Assembly (NCBI GenBank): GCA_963810935.1
Contig: CAWEPK010000010.1
Location: 32,001 to 96,000, forward strand
Length of the DNA: 64,000 bases
Source of the DNA: an uncultured delta proteobacterium
Lineage (GTDB): Bacteria > Desulfobacterota > Syntrophorhabdia > Syntrophorhabdales > WCHB1-27
Direction: 5' to 3'
In this document: positions 28,938 through 38,181 of the stretch, one piece after another
How positions within the stretch are numbered: position 1 is the first letter of the stretch
Layout: every line of letters starts with the position of its first letter
Notes under the pieces: model-generated
Seen by the model: the letters and a program-made list of their open reading frames with translations, nothing else
Databases searched by the model: none
Told to the model about the DNA's origin: nothing
Position numbers and translations under genes: made by a program

Positions 28938-29762
28938 CTAAAGATTTTTTACACGCCTCTCCACTTTTTCTATTATGAAGTCGGGTGTCGAGGCTCCCCC
29001 CGCTATCCCGACTTTTTTCACGTCTTTTAGCCAATCGGGCTGCACCTCGTCCTCCGTCTCGATATGATAGGCCCGCGGCTGGATGCGCTTTACGGCGGAA
29101 AAGAGCTTCGTTGTATTCGAGCTGTTTTTTCCGCCGACAATCAGCATGGCGTCGACCTTTCCTGCCACGTCGATCGACTCGTCCCTTCTTACGCTCGTGC
29201 TCTCACAAATTGTGTTGTAAACCCGCAACTCTTTAGCTCCGCATGCCAGCGAGCTTACCACCCTTGCGAACGTCTCCTCGTCGAGTGTAGTCTGGCTGAC
29301 TACGCCGACCTTTTTGGCTTCAATCGAGAACGAATTATGCAATACAATACCATCGTTCCCCAAATAACTCAACACACTTTTTACCTCCGGGTGGCGCTCA
29401 TCCCCTGCAATTACAACCTTATAGCCGTTCCTGAGAAGGAACAATCCGCAGTTCCTGACCCTCTTCACATACGGGCAAGTCGTGTCGATGGCAACAAGGC
29501 CCTTCGCCCTTATATACTCCTCTTCTTCCTTCATGATGCCGTGCGACCTGTACGCGACCACGCCCGCATCGAGGCTGTAGACGTCGTCGATGGGCACAAT
29601 GCCCTTCTCCCGCAGCGACTCGACTACCTGCGGATTGTGCAGAAGGGGCCCGAGGGTGTAGACCGTCTCGTTCCTGCGCGCGGCCTCCTTCAGCACCCGC
29701 GACACGGCCCTGTTGACGCCGAAGCAGAACCCGACATGCGCAGTTTTGATTACTTCTATCAT
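28938..29762 (-). CDS. ispH: 4-hydroxy-3-methylbut-2-enyl diphosphate reductase
   Basis: GFCFGV, TCPYV, NTIC, SSNT, GASTP motifs. Confidence 0.95.
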   Translation of the reverse strand: MIEVIKTAHVGFCFGVNRAVSRVLKEAARRNETVYTLGPLLHNPQVVESLREKGIVPIDDVYSLDAGVVAYRSHGIMKEEEEYIRAKGLVAIDTTCPYVKRVRNCGLFLLRNGYKVVIAGDERHPEVKSVLSYLGNDGIVLHNSFSIEAKKVGVVSQTTLDEETFARVVSSLACGAKELRVYNTICESTSVRRDESIDVAGKVDAMLIVGGKNSSNTTKLFSAVKRIQPRAYHIETEDEVQPDWLKDVKKVGIAGGASTPDFIIEKVERRVKNL

Positions 29763-30418
29763 TTCAGTGCCTGCCTGACGTGGGCTTCCATAACGGCCAC
29801 CACCTCCTCGACGGTCATGCCCGTCGTATCCACGGAGATGGCGCCTTCAGGGCGGACGAGCGGCGCTATGTCACGCTCGGAGTCGGCCCTGTCCCTCCGC
29901 TCCATCTCTCCTTTCACCTTCTCCATGTCTGCTGCGCCCATCCGCCCGGATGATTCCAGGTGCCTCCTTTTCGCCCGCTCGGCGAGGTCGGCATCCAGGT
30001 AGAATTTCACCTCAGCGCCCGGGAAGACCACGGACCCCGTGTCCCTGCCTTCGGCCACTATCCTGCCCGCTTCCCCTATCCGCCGCTGCATGCCTGTGCA
30101 ATACGCCCTGATCCGGGCATCCTGGGAAAGGGCCGAGGCAAGCATTGAGATCTCGGGCGTCCTTATGCCCTGCGTGATGTCCCGGCCGGAAAGAAGGACG
30201 ACGGTCGTCCCGTCGAACGAGAATTCGAGGGCGAGGCCGGCAAGGAAAGCGTCCAAGTCTTCGGGCGGGCGCTCCGTGTACGCATAGGCTACGGCGCGGT
30301 ACATGGCGCCCGTGTCGAGGTACCTGTAACCGATTAACCGGGCGAGCTGCCTCGCGACAGTGCTCTTGCCCGCCCCTCCCGGCCCGTCGATAGTGATTAT
30401 AAGGTCTTTTCTTTTCAG
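29759..30418 (-). CDS. cmk: Cytidylate kinase; probable CTG start
   Basis: Frame extends upstream of the ORF-track ATG to LKRKDLIITIDGPGGAGKSTVA..YLDTGAMYR; also AEGRDTGSVVFP; first codon after the hisC stop is CTG. Confidence 0.9.
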   Translation of the reverse strand: MKRKDLIITIDGPGGAGKSTVARQLARLIGYRYLDTGAMYRAVAYAYTERPPEDLDAFLAGLALEFSFDGTTVVLLSGRDITQGIRTPEISMLASALSQDARIRAYCTGMQRRIGEAGRIVAEGRDTGSVVFPGAEVKFYLDADLAERAKRRHLESSGRMGAADMEKVKGEMERRDRADSERDIAPLVRPEGAISVDTTGMTVEEVVAVMEAHVRQALK

Positions 30419-31483
30419 CTAAGCCAGCCTTTTCAGCGCCTCTATAAATACCTTGTTCTCGTCCATGGTCCCCACCGTCACCCGTATATAGTCGGGAAGC
30501 CCGTATCCGCCGAGCCAGCGCACCAGGACCTTCTTATCGAAGAACCTGTCCGTCAGACCTTTGGCGTCGGGCCCTATCTTGATGAGGATGAAATTCGCCT
30601 CTGACGGCCGCGCGTCCAGGCCGAGGCCTTTAATGGATTCATACAGGTATTTTTTTCCGTTCCGGATGTTTTCCAGGACGGAAGCCAGATGGCCCTCGTC
30701 GCTAAGAGCGGCCCTTGCCGCCACAAGGGCCATCATATTCACGCTGAACGGCTGTTTGGTGCGCTCCAGGAAGGAAACGAGCGACTTCTCGGCTATGCCG
30801 TAGCCGGCGCGAAGGCCTGCCAGCCCGTATGCCTTCGAGAAAGTCCTCATAATCAGGACTGGGCGCCGGTCGATATAAGCTAAAGACCGGGGAAAATGCT
30901 TGTTGTCCGAAAATTCGGCATACGCCTCGTCCACTACGACGAGCGCTTCTGCCGGGAGCTTGTCGAGAAAGGCGCCGAAGGCCCGATCCTCGAAGATCGT
31001 GCCGGTAGGGTTATTGGGGTTGCAGAGGAAAACGAGCCTGGTTTTCTCGCCCGCCATGGCAGCCATGGCCTCAAGGTCGTAATAGAGAGAATCGAGGGGT
31101 GCGGCCGCCACTTCGTAACCGTAAATATTGGCGGCTATGCGGTAGAAGGCAAAGCTCGGCTCGGAGATGAGGGCCTCCCTCCGGCCGTCCGTCCGCAGGG
31201 CCCTGCAGGCGGTCTCGATCAATTCATTGGAGCCGTTTCCGATAATGATGTTCTCCGGCGCCAGGCCGTACTTTTTGGCGATCAGCGACTTCAGCTCGGC
31301 CTCGCTCTCCGGGTACCTGTTGACGTCGAAAATGGCGTCTGCTATCGCCTGGACAACTGCAGGAGACGGTGGATAGGGGTTCTCGTTCGAGGAAAGGCGG
31401 ACCCAGCCCGCGTCCGCCCCGTAAAGCGCAGCCTTCGGATAGAACGGCACGCGCCGGATCGATGCGTCTATAGACAGCTTCAT
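30419..31483 (-). CDS. hisC: Histidinol-phosphate aminotransferase
   Basis: SSNENP, GNGSNE, NPNNPTG, DEAY, RTFSKAYGLAGLR. Confidence 0.92.
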   Translation of the reverse strand: MKLSIDASIRRVPFYPKAALYGADAGWVRLSSNENPYPPSPAVVQAIADAIFDVNRYPESEAELKSLIAKKYGLAPENIIIGNGSNELIETACRALRTDGRREALISEPSFAFYRIAANIYGYEVAAAPLDSLYYDLEAMAAMAGEKTRLVFLCNPNNPTGTIFEDRAFGAFLDKLPAEALVVVDEAYAEFSDNKHFPRSLAYIDRRPVLIMRTFSKAYGLAGLRAGYGIAEKSLVSFLERTKQPFSVNMMALVAARAALSDEGHLASVLENIRNGKKYLYESIKGLGLDARPSEANFILIKIGPDAKGLTDRFFDKKVLVRWLGGYGLPDYIRVTVGTMDENKVFIEALKRLA

Positions 31484-31506
31484 CCCTTCGCCCCCACCCG
31501 GTATTC

Positions 31507-32004
31507 TTACATCTTATATTTGCCGAAATCGTCGGGCGAGAGGTTTTCGAGGATCTCTTCCCATTCCTGTGTATCGACGACTACCTTGTCCTCTTTCTTC
31601 GACAGCTCGACCTTGGCCGATTTCTTTATCACCTGCTCGTCCACGAATATCGTTGCGCCGACCCGGAGGGCCAGCGCTATGGCGTCCGAAGGCCGCGCGT
31701 CTATGACGAGCCGCCTGTTTTCGACTTCAAGGTGTATCATGGCAAAATACGTATTGTCCTTCAGGTCGTTGACCTCGATCTTTACTACCCTCGCGTCGAG
31801 CTTATCGAGGACGTTTTTAAGGAGGTCGTGGGTCATCGGCCTGGGCGTCTGCACGTTTTCCAGCGCGGTCGCGATGCTCGACGCCTCCAAGAGGCCGATC
31901 CAGATGGGAAGGACTTCCTGTTCTTCCAAGTCCTTCAGGATCACTATCGGCGTATTCGTAAACGGGTCGACGGTGATGCCTGCGACTTTCATTTCCTTCA
32001 ACAT
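31507..32004 (-). CDS. Bifunctional nuclease / DUF151 protein
   Basis: LPIWIG, RPMTHDL, DARPSDAIALA. Confidence 0.9.
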   Translation of the reverse strand: MLKEMKVAGITVDPFTNTPIVILKDLEEQEVLPIWIGLLEASSIATALENVQTPRPMTHDLLKNVLDKLDARVVKIEVNDLKDNTYFAMIHLEVENRRLVIDARPSDAIALALRVGATIFVDEQVIKKSAKVELSKKEDKVVVDTQEWEEILENLSPDDFGKYKM

Positions 32005-32022
32005 GTTATGCCTCCTTAAACC

Positions 32023-33338
32023 TCAGGCGTCCGCGCCTCGAAGGGAATTGGCGTACCCTTTTACGATCTCCACTTCTGTCAGCTTGCCCTTCATGCTACC
32101 CGGACCGCGGAAATTTACGATGCGGTTCGTCCTCGTCCTGCCGGTAAGCTCTTCCCGTGAGTTTTTGCTGAACCGCTCCACCAGCACCTCTACCTTCTCG
32201 CCTTCCATTCCCTCGAATATCTCACGGGTGATCCCCTTCTGCACCGCCTGCAACTCCCGCAGCCTGCCACGCGCCACTTCCTCCGGCACCCTGTCCGGCA
32301 GCGCCGACGCCGTGGTGCCTTTGCGCGGTGAAAAGCAGAAAGAAAATATACCATCAAAACGGGTCCGTTCCACAAGCTCCATCGTCGACCTGAAGTCCCC
32401 TTCGTCCTCCCCGGGGAAGCCGACGATGCAATCGGTCGTTATCGCGATGTCAGGGCGCCTTCTTTTCAGCTTCGATATCTTTTCTTCGTATTCGTCCCTG
32501 GTATAGCCCCTGTTCATGGAGCGCAGCACCTTGTCCGATCCCGACTGGACGGGCAGGTGGATGTTCTCACAGAGTTTCCGGAGCCGGCCGAAGCAGCCTA
32601 TCAGCTCGTCGGAAAGGTCCTTGGGGTGGGAGGTGACGAAGCGTATCCTCTCGACCCCCGCCATGCCGTCTATCCGCTCCAAAAGCTCGCTGAAAGACAG
32701 GTCTTTCGTCCCTTTGTTGTACGAGTTGACGTTCTGGCCGAGGAGCACCACTTCCCTCGTCCCCACAGCCGTCAGCTCTTCTATCTCCTCTAGTATGTCA
32801 GCACTTTTCCTGCTCGCCTCCCGGCCCCGCACGTAAGGGACCACGCAATAGGCGCAGAAATTGTCGCAGCCTTTCATGATGGTAACGTAAGCCTTTACCT
32901 TAGCTTGCGCGTTCCCCGGCCTTACATAAAGGGAAGACAGACAGCCGTTTTCGGAGAAGTCGAGAAAGCGCTCCCTTTTCAGACCTGCGTTGACGGCCTC
33001 GCACACGAGATGGACGCTCGCGGGCCCCAAGGAGAAATCGACGAAAGGAAGGCGCTCGACGATCGCCTCCTTCTCCATCTGGGCGATACAGCCCGTCACG
33101 CCCAGGAGAAGGGGCTGCCTTTCTTTCAGCTCCTTGAGCCTCCCCATCATGCTGTAAAACTTCTGCTCGGCCTTCTGACGGATGCAGCAGGTGTTGACGA
33201 TCACGACGCCGGCCGCCTCCGGGCGGGGCGCGGCTTCGAAGCCCGCCGCCCGGAGAAGGCCGGCCATCTTCTCAACGTCGTGCTCGTTCATCTGGCACCC
33301 GAAATTCTCTATATAGTATTTCGGTCCGACCTTTTCAC
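32023..33338 (-). CDS. miaB: tRNA-i6A37 methylthiotransferase MiaB (apparent 1-nt deletion near the start)
   Basis: FGCQMNEHD, GCDNFCAYC, TSHP, IVGFPGE, TRAM domain; GTG at 33338 is out of frame with the rest by one base in an A4 run. Confidence 0.92.
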
Positions 33339-34432
33339 CTCACCGCGAATTTTGGCGCAAGCCTGTCCATCTTCTTTACGATGCCGCCGTACTCCAGCTC
33401 GGAATACGGAAGCATTGCGGAGCCGGAAAAGCCCTGCCGCCGCAGCTCCGTCGCCTTCCTCGACACCTGCATACGCACGTAGTCCCAGTACGGATGGGCA
33501 AAGGCGTCGGCCGGCTCGGTAAGTATGCCGTTGTGCACGCAGAAGGCAAGGGCACAAACGACCGGAGGACCGTCGAAGAAAGACGTACCCGAATTCATCG
33601 GGACGGGCATAAGGGGACCGGTATGGCTGCCCCTCATGAACCCGGCCACGTAATGGCCGATGTTGAAGGGCGATAAGACCTCGCCCGTCGCCGGGAACGG
33701 TCCCTGGCACCTGACGAGCATGACAGGGTCGTCTTTTCCCGTGTATTTGCCGGCGATATTATGGAGCCTTGTCGTGCTGACGGAGGCGGCTATCTCGCCC
33801 GTCTCCCTGGAGAAGATCGCCTCGACCACGAACCTCTCATTGTCACGCAGCAGCGCCGCGATGTCGTAGAGGTCCTCGGGAGCGTTAAGCTCTATTACGC
33901 TGTCGCCTTCCGTATGCTCCACGTCCATTATGACGAATTTAAAGCCCTTCGACATGCCGGGCGCAAGGATCAGGCCCGAGTTGTACATGGGGTCGGCAAA
34001 AGCCAGATAAAGGGGCAAATTGTAGGCGCCGGGGTCGGTCTTGTCCGCGGCAAAAAACAGGAACGGCTCGTTCGGCCTCTCCTCGATCTCCATCTCGGCG
34101 ACTGCGGGCCCCATGCCCTTGACGTTGCCCGAAAAAGAGTCCTTCAGCAAGTCCTGGCCCGCCCCGTAGAGGCCCTGCTCCCTGGCGCATTCGGTGCCTG
34201 CCACGAAGGCGTCCCACGCCAGCTTGTGCACCTCTTCGTTTTCCACGCCCTTGTTGTGCGTGGCCAGTATGGCTATATCGTCCCCTGTATGTGAAACAAA
34301 ACAATCGCGCAAGAGATTGCCGCGACTTTCCTCAACAAACCCTTCCACACGTTGCAGCAATTGCCTGCTAGGGCAAAGATGCCCGCCAACGCTGCCAATG
34401 TCTGCTTTGAGGATCGATACCGTCGTCTTCAT
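33335..34432 (-). CDS. fbp: Bifunctional fructose-1,6-bisphosphate aldolase/phosphatase (class V FBPase)
   Basis: KADIGSVGGH, GDD, GLYGAGQDLL, DKTDPGAYN, GKYTGKDDPV, GFMRGSH. Confidence 0.92.
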   Translation of the reverse strand: MKTTVSILKADIGSVGGHLCPSRQLLQRVEGFVEESRGNLLRDCFVSHTGDDIAILATHNKGVENEEVHKLAWDAFVAGTECAREQGLYGAGQDLLKDSFSGNVKGMGPAVAEMEIEERPNEPFLFFAADKTDPGAYNLPLYLAFADPMYNSGLILAPGMSKGFKFVIMDVEHTEGDSVIELNAPEDLYDIAALLRDNERFVVEAIFSRETGEIAASVSTTRLHNIAGKYTGKDDPVMLVRCQGPFPATGEVLSPFNIGHYVAGFMRGSHTGPLMPVPMNSGTSFFDGPPVVCALAFCVHNGILTEPADAFAHPYWDYVRMQVSRKATELRRQGFSGSAMLPYSELEYGGIVKKMDRLAPKFAVR

Positions 34433-35181
34433 GTGCCGTCCTCCTGGAATAGTTTTTTGTACGCGCTCATGGTTACATAACTCGTCAAATCCCAGTGAAG
34501 AGGGGTGAGAGAAAGAAACCCCTTATCGACTGCCTGGAGGTCGGTGCCTTCGATGGCCTCGAACCGCTCGCCATCGCCGCCGATCCAGTAGTACGTTCCG
34601 CCCCTTGGGTCTATTCTCTCAATAATATTACCATTATAAATCCTTTTTCCAAGGCCTGTCACCTTAAAACCTCGTAAGGAATCGTAAGGGATATTCGGTA
34701 TATTCACGTTCAGGAGCGTACGGGGAGGCAGCTCGGCCGAGCGCAGCCTTTCCACTATATCGAGGACGGACCGGCAGGCGTCGTGGAAGAGAAAGTCGCT
34801 CCTGGCGTTGAGGGAAACGGCCATCGAGGTAATCCCCGTGAAGGCGCCTTCCTTCGCCGCTGCGACGGTCCCCGAATAGCTCACGTCCTGGCCCATGTTC
34901 GGCCCCTTGTTGATGCCTGCGATCACCATGTCCGGTTTCCGGGGAAGGATGACCCGCAGCGCCAGGAGGACGGAGTCGGCCGGAGTGCCGTTCGTGGAGA
35001 AGACGCGCTCCCCCAGGTCCTTGATGCGCAGCGGCTTATGCAGCGTTATCGCGTGGGCGATGCAGGTGCGCTCCGAATCCGGGCCGACAACCCATACCTC
35101 ATTGCCGGGCGCCAAAGCGTCCCTCAGCGCAAGAATGCCGTGAGAGTCAACACCGTCGTCATTTGATAGGAGGATAAGCAA
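34429..35181 (-). CDS. surE: 5'/3'-nucleotidase SurE
   Basis: SNDDG, GTPAD, GIN.GPN, YSGTVAAA.EG. Confidence 0.95.
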   Translation of the reverse strand: MLILLSNDDGVDSHGILALRDALAPGNEVWVVGPDSERTCIAHAITLHKPLRIKDLGERVFSTNGTPADSVLLALRVILPRKPDMVIAGINKGPNMGQDVSYSGTVAAAKEGAFTGITSMAVSLNARSDFLFHDACRSVLDIVERLRSAELPPRTLLNVNIPNIPYDSLRGFKVTGLGKRIYNGNIIERIDPRGGTYYWIGGDGERFEAIEGTDLQAVDKGFLSLTPLHWDLTSYVTMSAYKKLFQEDGT

Positions 35182-35208
35182 GAGGTGTCACCAGGTACGA
35201 AAAAGCAA

Positions 35209-35283
35209 TCGGGGCGACTGGATTTGAACCAGCGGCCACCAGCACCCCATACTGGTGCGCTAACCAAGCTGCGCTACGCCCCG
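35209..35283 (-). tRNA. tRNA-Pro(GGG), CCA not encoded
   Basis: CGGGGCGTAGCGCAGCTTGGTTAGCGCA..anticodon loop ATGGGGT..GGTTCAAATCC..CGCCCCGA cloverleaf. Confidence 0.95.
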
Positions 35284-35424
35284 ATAGTTAGTTTCCTATT
35301 ATATGTCATTTCTCCAAATTCCTCAACCTTTACTGTTAAGGGGCCGGCGAAAACAGCCAGGCCGGCGCCACAGTACATATATTTGTAGAAAAGGGGGGTA
35401 AATTCTGCTATTAATATTCATCGC

Positions 35425-35497
35425 GGTCCCATCGTCTAGGGGTCTAGGACGTCGGCCTCTCACGCCGAAAACCGGAGTTCGAATCTCCGTGGGACCA
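35425..35497 (+). tRNA. tRNA-Glu(CTC), CCA not encoded
   Basis: GGTCCCATCGTCTAG..TCGGC-CTCTCAC-GCCGA..GTTCGAATC..TGGGACCA. Confidence 0.95.
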
Positions 35498-35571
35498 TTT
35501 TTCTTAAAACACGGGCCACCGCATTATCTTTTAATTGTAATTAAAAACCTGATTTCAGGGAGGATTTCCCT

Positions 35572-36111
35572 ATGATGGCCGTTGCCCCTTTGATGATAGA
35601 GCACAGGCTGATCGAGCGCATGATAAAGGTAATGAAGGCCGAAGCCGCCTCCATCGGCAAGACAGGCACGGTGAGGCCCGAGTTCATCGACGAGGCGGTT
35701 GACTTCATAAGGGTCTATGCGGACCGATGCCATCACGGCAAAGAAGAGGACATCCTGTTCAAGCAGCTTGCCGAAAAAGAGATGTCGGGAGCATACCGGG
35801 AGACTATGGAGGAGCTGGTGCAGGAGCACGCCAGGTCGCGCCGGATGACGGGGCAGCTCCTTGCAGCCAAAGACCGCTACGTCAGGGGCGACCGGGACGC
35901 GCTTGCCGAGATACTCTCCATTATGGAGACGCTCGCCGCCTTCTATCCCGTGCACATCGAGAAAGAAGATAAGCACTTCTTCATCCCCTGCATGGCCTAC
36001 TTCAGCACCCACGAGCAGGACATCATGCTCGAGGCGTTCGCGGAGTTCGACAGGAGGCTCATCCACGAAAAGTACAGGTCGGTGATCGAAAAATTCGAAG
36101 GTAAAGTATAG
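35572..36111 (+). CDS. Hemerythrin/HHE cation-binding domain protein
   Basis: EHRLI, CHHGKEEDILF, EH, HIEKED motifs. Confidence 0.85.
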   Translation: MMAVAPLMIEHRLIERMIKVMKAEAASIGKTGTVRPEFIDEAVDFIRVYADRCHHGKEEDILFKQLAEKEMSGAYRETMEELVQEHARSRRMTGQLLAAKDRYVRGDRDALAEILSIMETLAAFYPVHIEKEDKHFFIPCMAYFSTHEQDIMLEAFAEFDRRLIHEKYRSVIEKFEGKV

Positions 36112-36118
36112 CGCGCCG

Positions 36119-38128
36119 CTACTTCATCGAATCGAGCAGCCTGGCCAACAATTGCGCCGATGCGTCGGGGCCACCGTCCGGATAGGCTTCCCGGGCACAG
36201 TTGTCCCGATAGGGCACAGACAGGTCCGTAAGATCGAGGCAGGCCATGACGTTCTCCGGCTCGATGAAGCGGGAGAGGCGGTTGAATGTGTGTATGCCAT
36301 TGTCGCGCCCCTCGTGGTGGACCAGTATGGTCAAGGTCTCCCTGGCCCTCGTGACGGCTACGTAAAGCAGGCGCTGCTCCTCTTCGAGCGCCTCTGCGTC
36401 GCGCGTCGTATAGCTCGACGGCAGCACGCCGTCTACTGCGCCGATCAGGAAGACGTTCCGCCATTCGAGTCCCTTTGCCGAATGGATGGTGGACATGATG
36501 AGCGGGCGCTCCCAAACGGTGTCGTGGAAGTCCCTGACTCCGCGCTGCGGCGGCTCGATGGCGAGGTCCACCAGGATGTCGCGCAGCGACTCATACCGCT
36601 CGGCGATCTGGGCGAGCGCCTCCAGGTCGTTCTTCCGGAGCTTCCAGTCGAGGTCGAAGCGTTCCCTTAGCAGGGGCGAATAGTACTCTACGACTGCCGC
36701 GCACTGCTCGCCCGGCCCCGTCATCCTCGCTGCCGCGCCCATGACGGCTGCAAGCCGCCGCAGACCCTCCCGGCTGCCCTGCCTTTCGTCCATGTAAGCC
36801 AGCATCGCTTCGAGGTCTTCGAGGCCGGCAATCTCGTCGATCAGCCTTTCGGCAGTTTTCGGCCCTATGCCTTCCACCAGAAGCAGCACGCGGCTCCAGG
36901 AGAGCACATCGTGCGGGTTGACGAGTATCTTCATATGGGCGAGCACGTCCTTGACGTGCGCCGCCTCATAGAACTTGAGGCCGCCCCATACCGCAAAAGG
37001 GATGTTCCGCTTCGTCAGCTCCGCCTGCATCGGAAGGGTGATATAGGCGGACCGGAAGAGGATGCACTGATGGGAAAGCTCCATGCCTTCATCGTACAGC
37101 TCCTTGATGCGGTCGGCGACCCAGGCGGCCTCCTCGTACGCGTCCTTCAGGAATACTAGGCGCGGCTTGGTCCCGCGCCCTTTGGCGGCCGCGTGCAGGC
37201 ATTTCTCGTACCGTCCCGGCATGTCGTCGAGGACTGCGTTGGCAAGGTCCAGGATCGCCTGCGTGCTCCTGTAGTTATCCTCCAGCTTGACGATTTTGCA
37301 TCCATGAAACAGCTCCGGGAACCGCATGATGTTCCGGTGGTCCGCTCCCCTGAAGGAATAGATAGACTGGGCGTCGTCTCCGACCACGAGGACGTTCCTG
37401 TGTCTCTCGGCAAGGCGAAATGCGATCTGCCCCTGCACCGCGTTCGTGTCCTGGAACTCGTCGATCATGATGTATCGGTATCGCTTCGATAACTGTCCGG
37501 CTACCCCTTCGTCCTGGAGCAGCAGCTTCATATATATGAGCAGGTCGTCATAGTCGAGGCATTTGGAGCGCACTTTATACTCCGTATAGGCCTCCCTGAC
37601 TGCCTTTATCTCATCAAGGAATTCCATGAACGGCGCATAATACTTCTCCAGGACCGAGGCGATGGGCACCTCTTTATTGGCGGCCATGCTGATTATCTTC
37701 CTCAGCATCTCTTTCCTCGGCCGCCTCCCCTTCTTGCTGAAAAGCCCTAGCTTTGCCGCGCACCGCTGCACGGCCTCCTCTGCGTCCGCCTCGTCGTAAA
37801 TCGTAAAGCCCGGGGGCAATCCGAAGAAGCTACAGTACTTCCGCAGCACCCTGTTCGCAAAGGAATGGAACGTGCCGCCTTCTACCCCCCTGCACCTGGT
37901 GTCGAGGGCCGCCGCCCGCGATATCATCTCTGCCGCGCTCCGGCGTGTGAACGTGAGAAGGAGAATCGACGCCGGGTCGATGCCCGCCTCGACCAGATGC
38001 AGCACGCGGAACTCGATCACCCTGGTCTTCCCGCTGCCCGCACCGGCAATGACGAGCACCGGCCCTTCCATGGCCGTCACCGCCTCGTACTGCCGGTCAT
38101 TGAGCTGCTCCCTGATAGCCTGATCCAT
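36119..38128 (-). CDS. UvrD/REP-family ATP-dependent helicase
   Basis: AGAGSGKT, DEFQD, GDDAQSIYSFRGA, NYRS, TIHSAKGLE, YVAVTRA. Confidence 0.92.
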   Translation of the reverse strand: MDQAIREQLNDRQYEAVTAMEGPVLVIAGAGSGKTRVIEFRVLHLVEAGIDPASILLLTFTRRSAAEMISRAAALDTRCRGVEGGTFHSFANRVLRKYCSFFGLPPGFTIYDEADAEEAVQRCAAKLGLFSKKGRRPRKEMLRKIISMAANKEVPIASVLEKYYAPFMEFLDEIKAVREAYTEYKVRSKCLDYDDLLIYMKLLLQDEGVAGQLSKRYRYIMIDEFQDTNAVQGQIAFRLAERHRNVLVVGDDAQSIYSFRGADHRNIMRFPELFHGCKIVKLEDNYRSTQAILDLANAVLDDMPGRYEKCLHAAAKGRGTKPRLVFLKDAYEEAAWVADRIKELYDEGMELSHQCILFRSAYITLPMQAELTKRNIPFAVWGGLKFYEAAHVKDVLAHMKILVNPHDVLSWSRVLLLVEGIGPKTAERLIDEIAGLEDLEAMLAYMDERQGSREGLRRLAAVMGAAARMTGPGEQCAAVVEYYSPLLRERFDLDWKLRKNDLEALAQIAERYESLRDILVDLAIEPPQRGVRDFHDTVWERPLIMSTIHSAKGLEWRNVFLIGAVDGVLPSSYTTRDAEALEEEQRLLYVAVTRARETLTILVHHEGRDNGIHTFNRLSRFIEPENVMACLDLTDLSVPYRDNCAREAYPDGGPDASAQLLARLLDSMK

Positions 38129-38181
38129 ACCGGCGATAGTATAAAATAGTTGTTACAAGGTTGTATAGGTGGTTTACGGCC

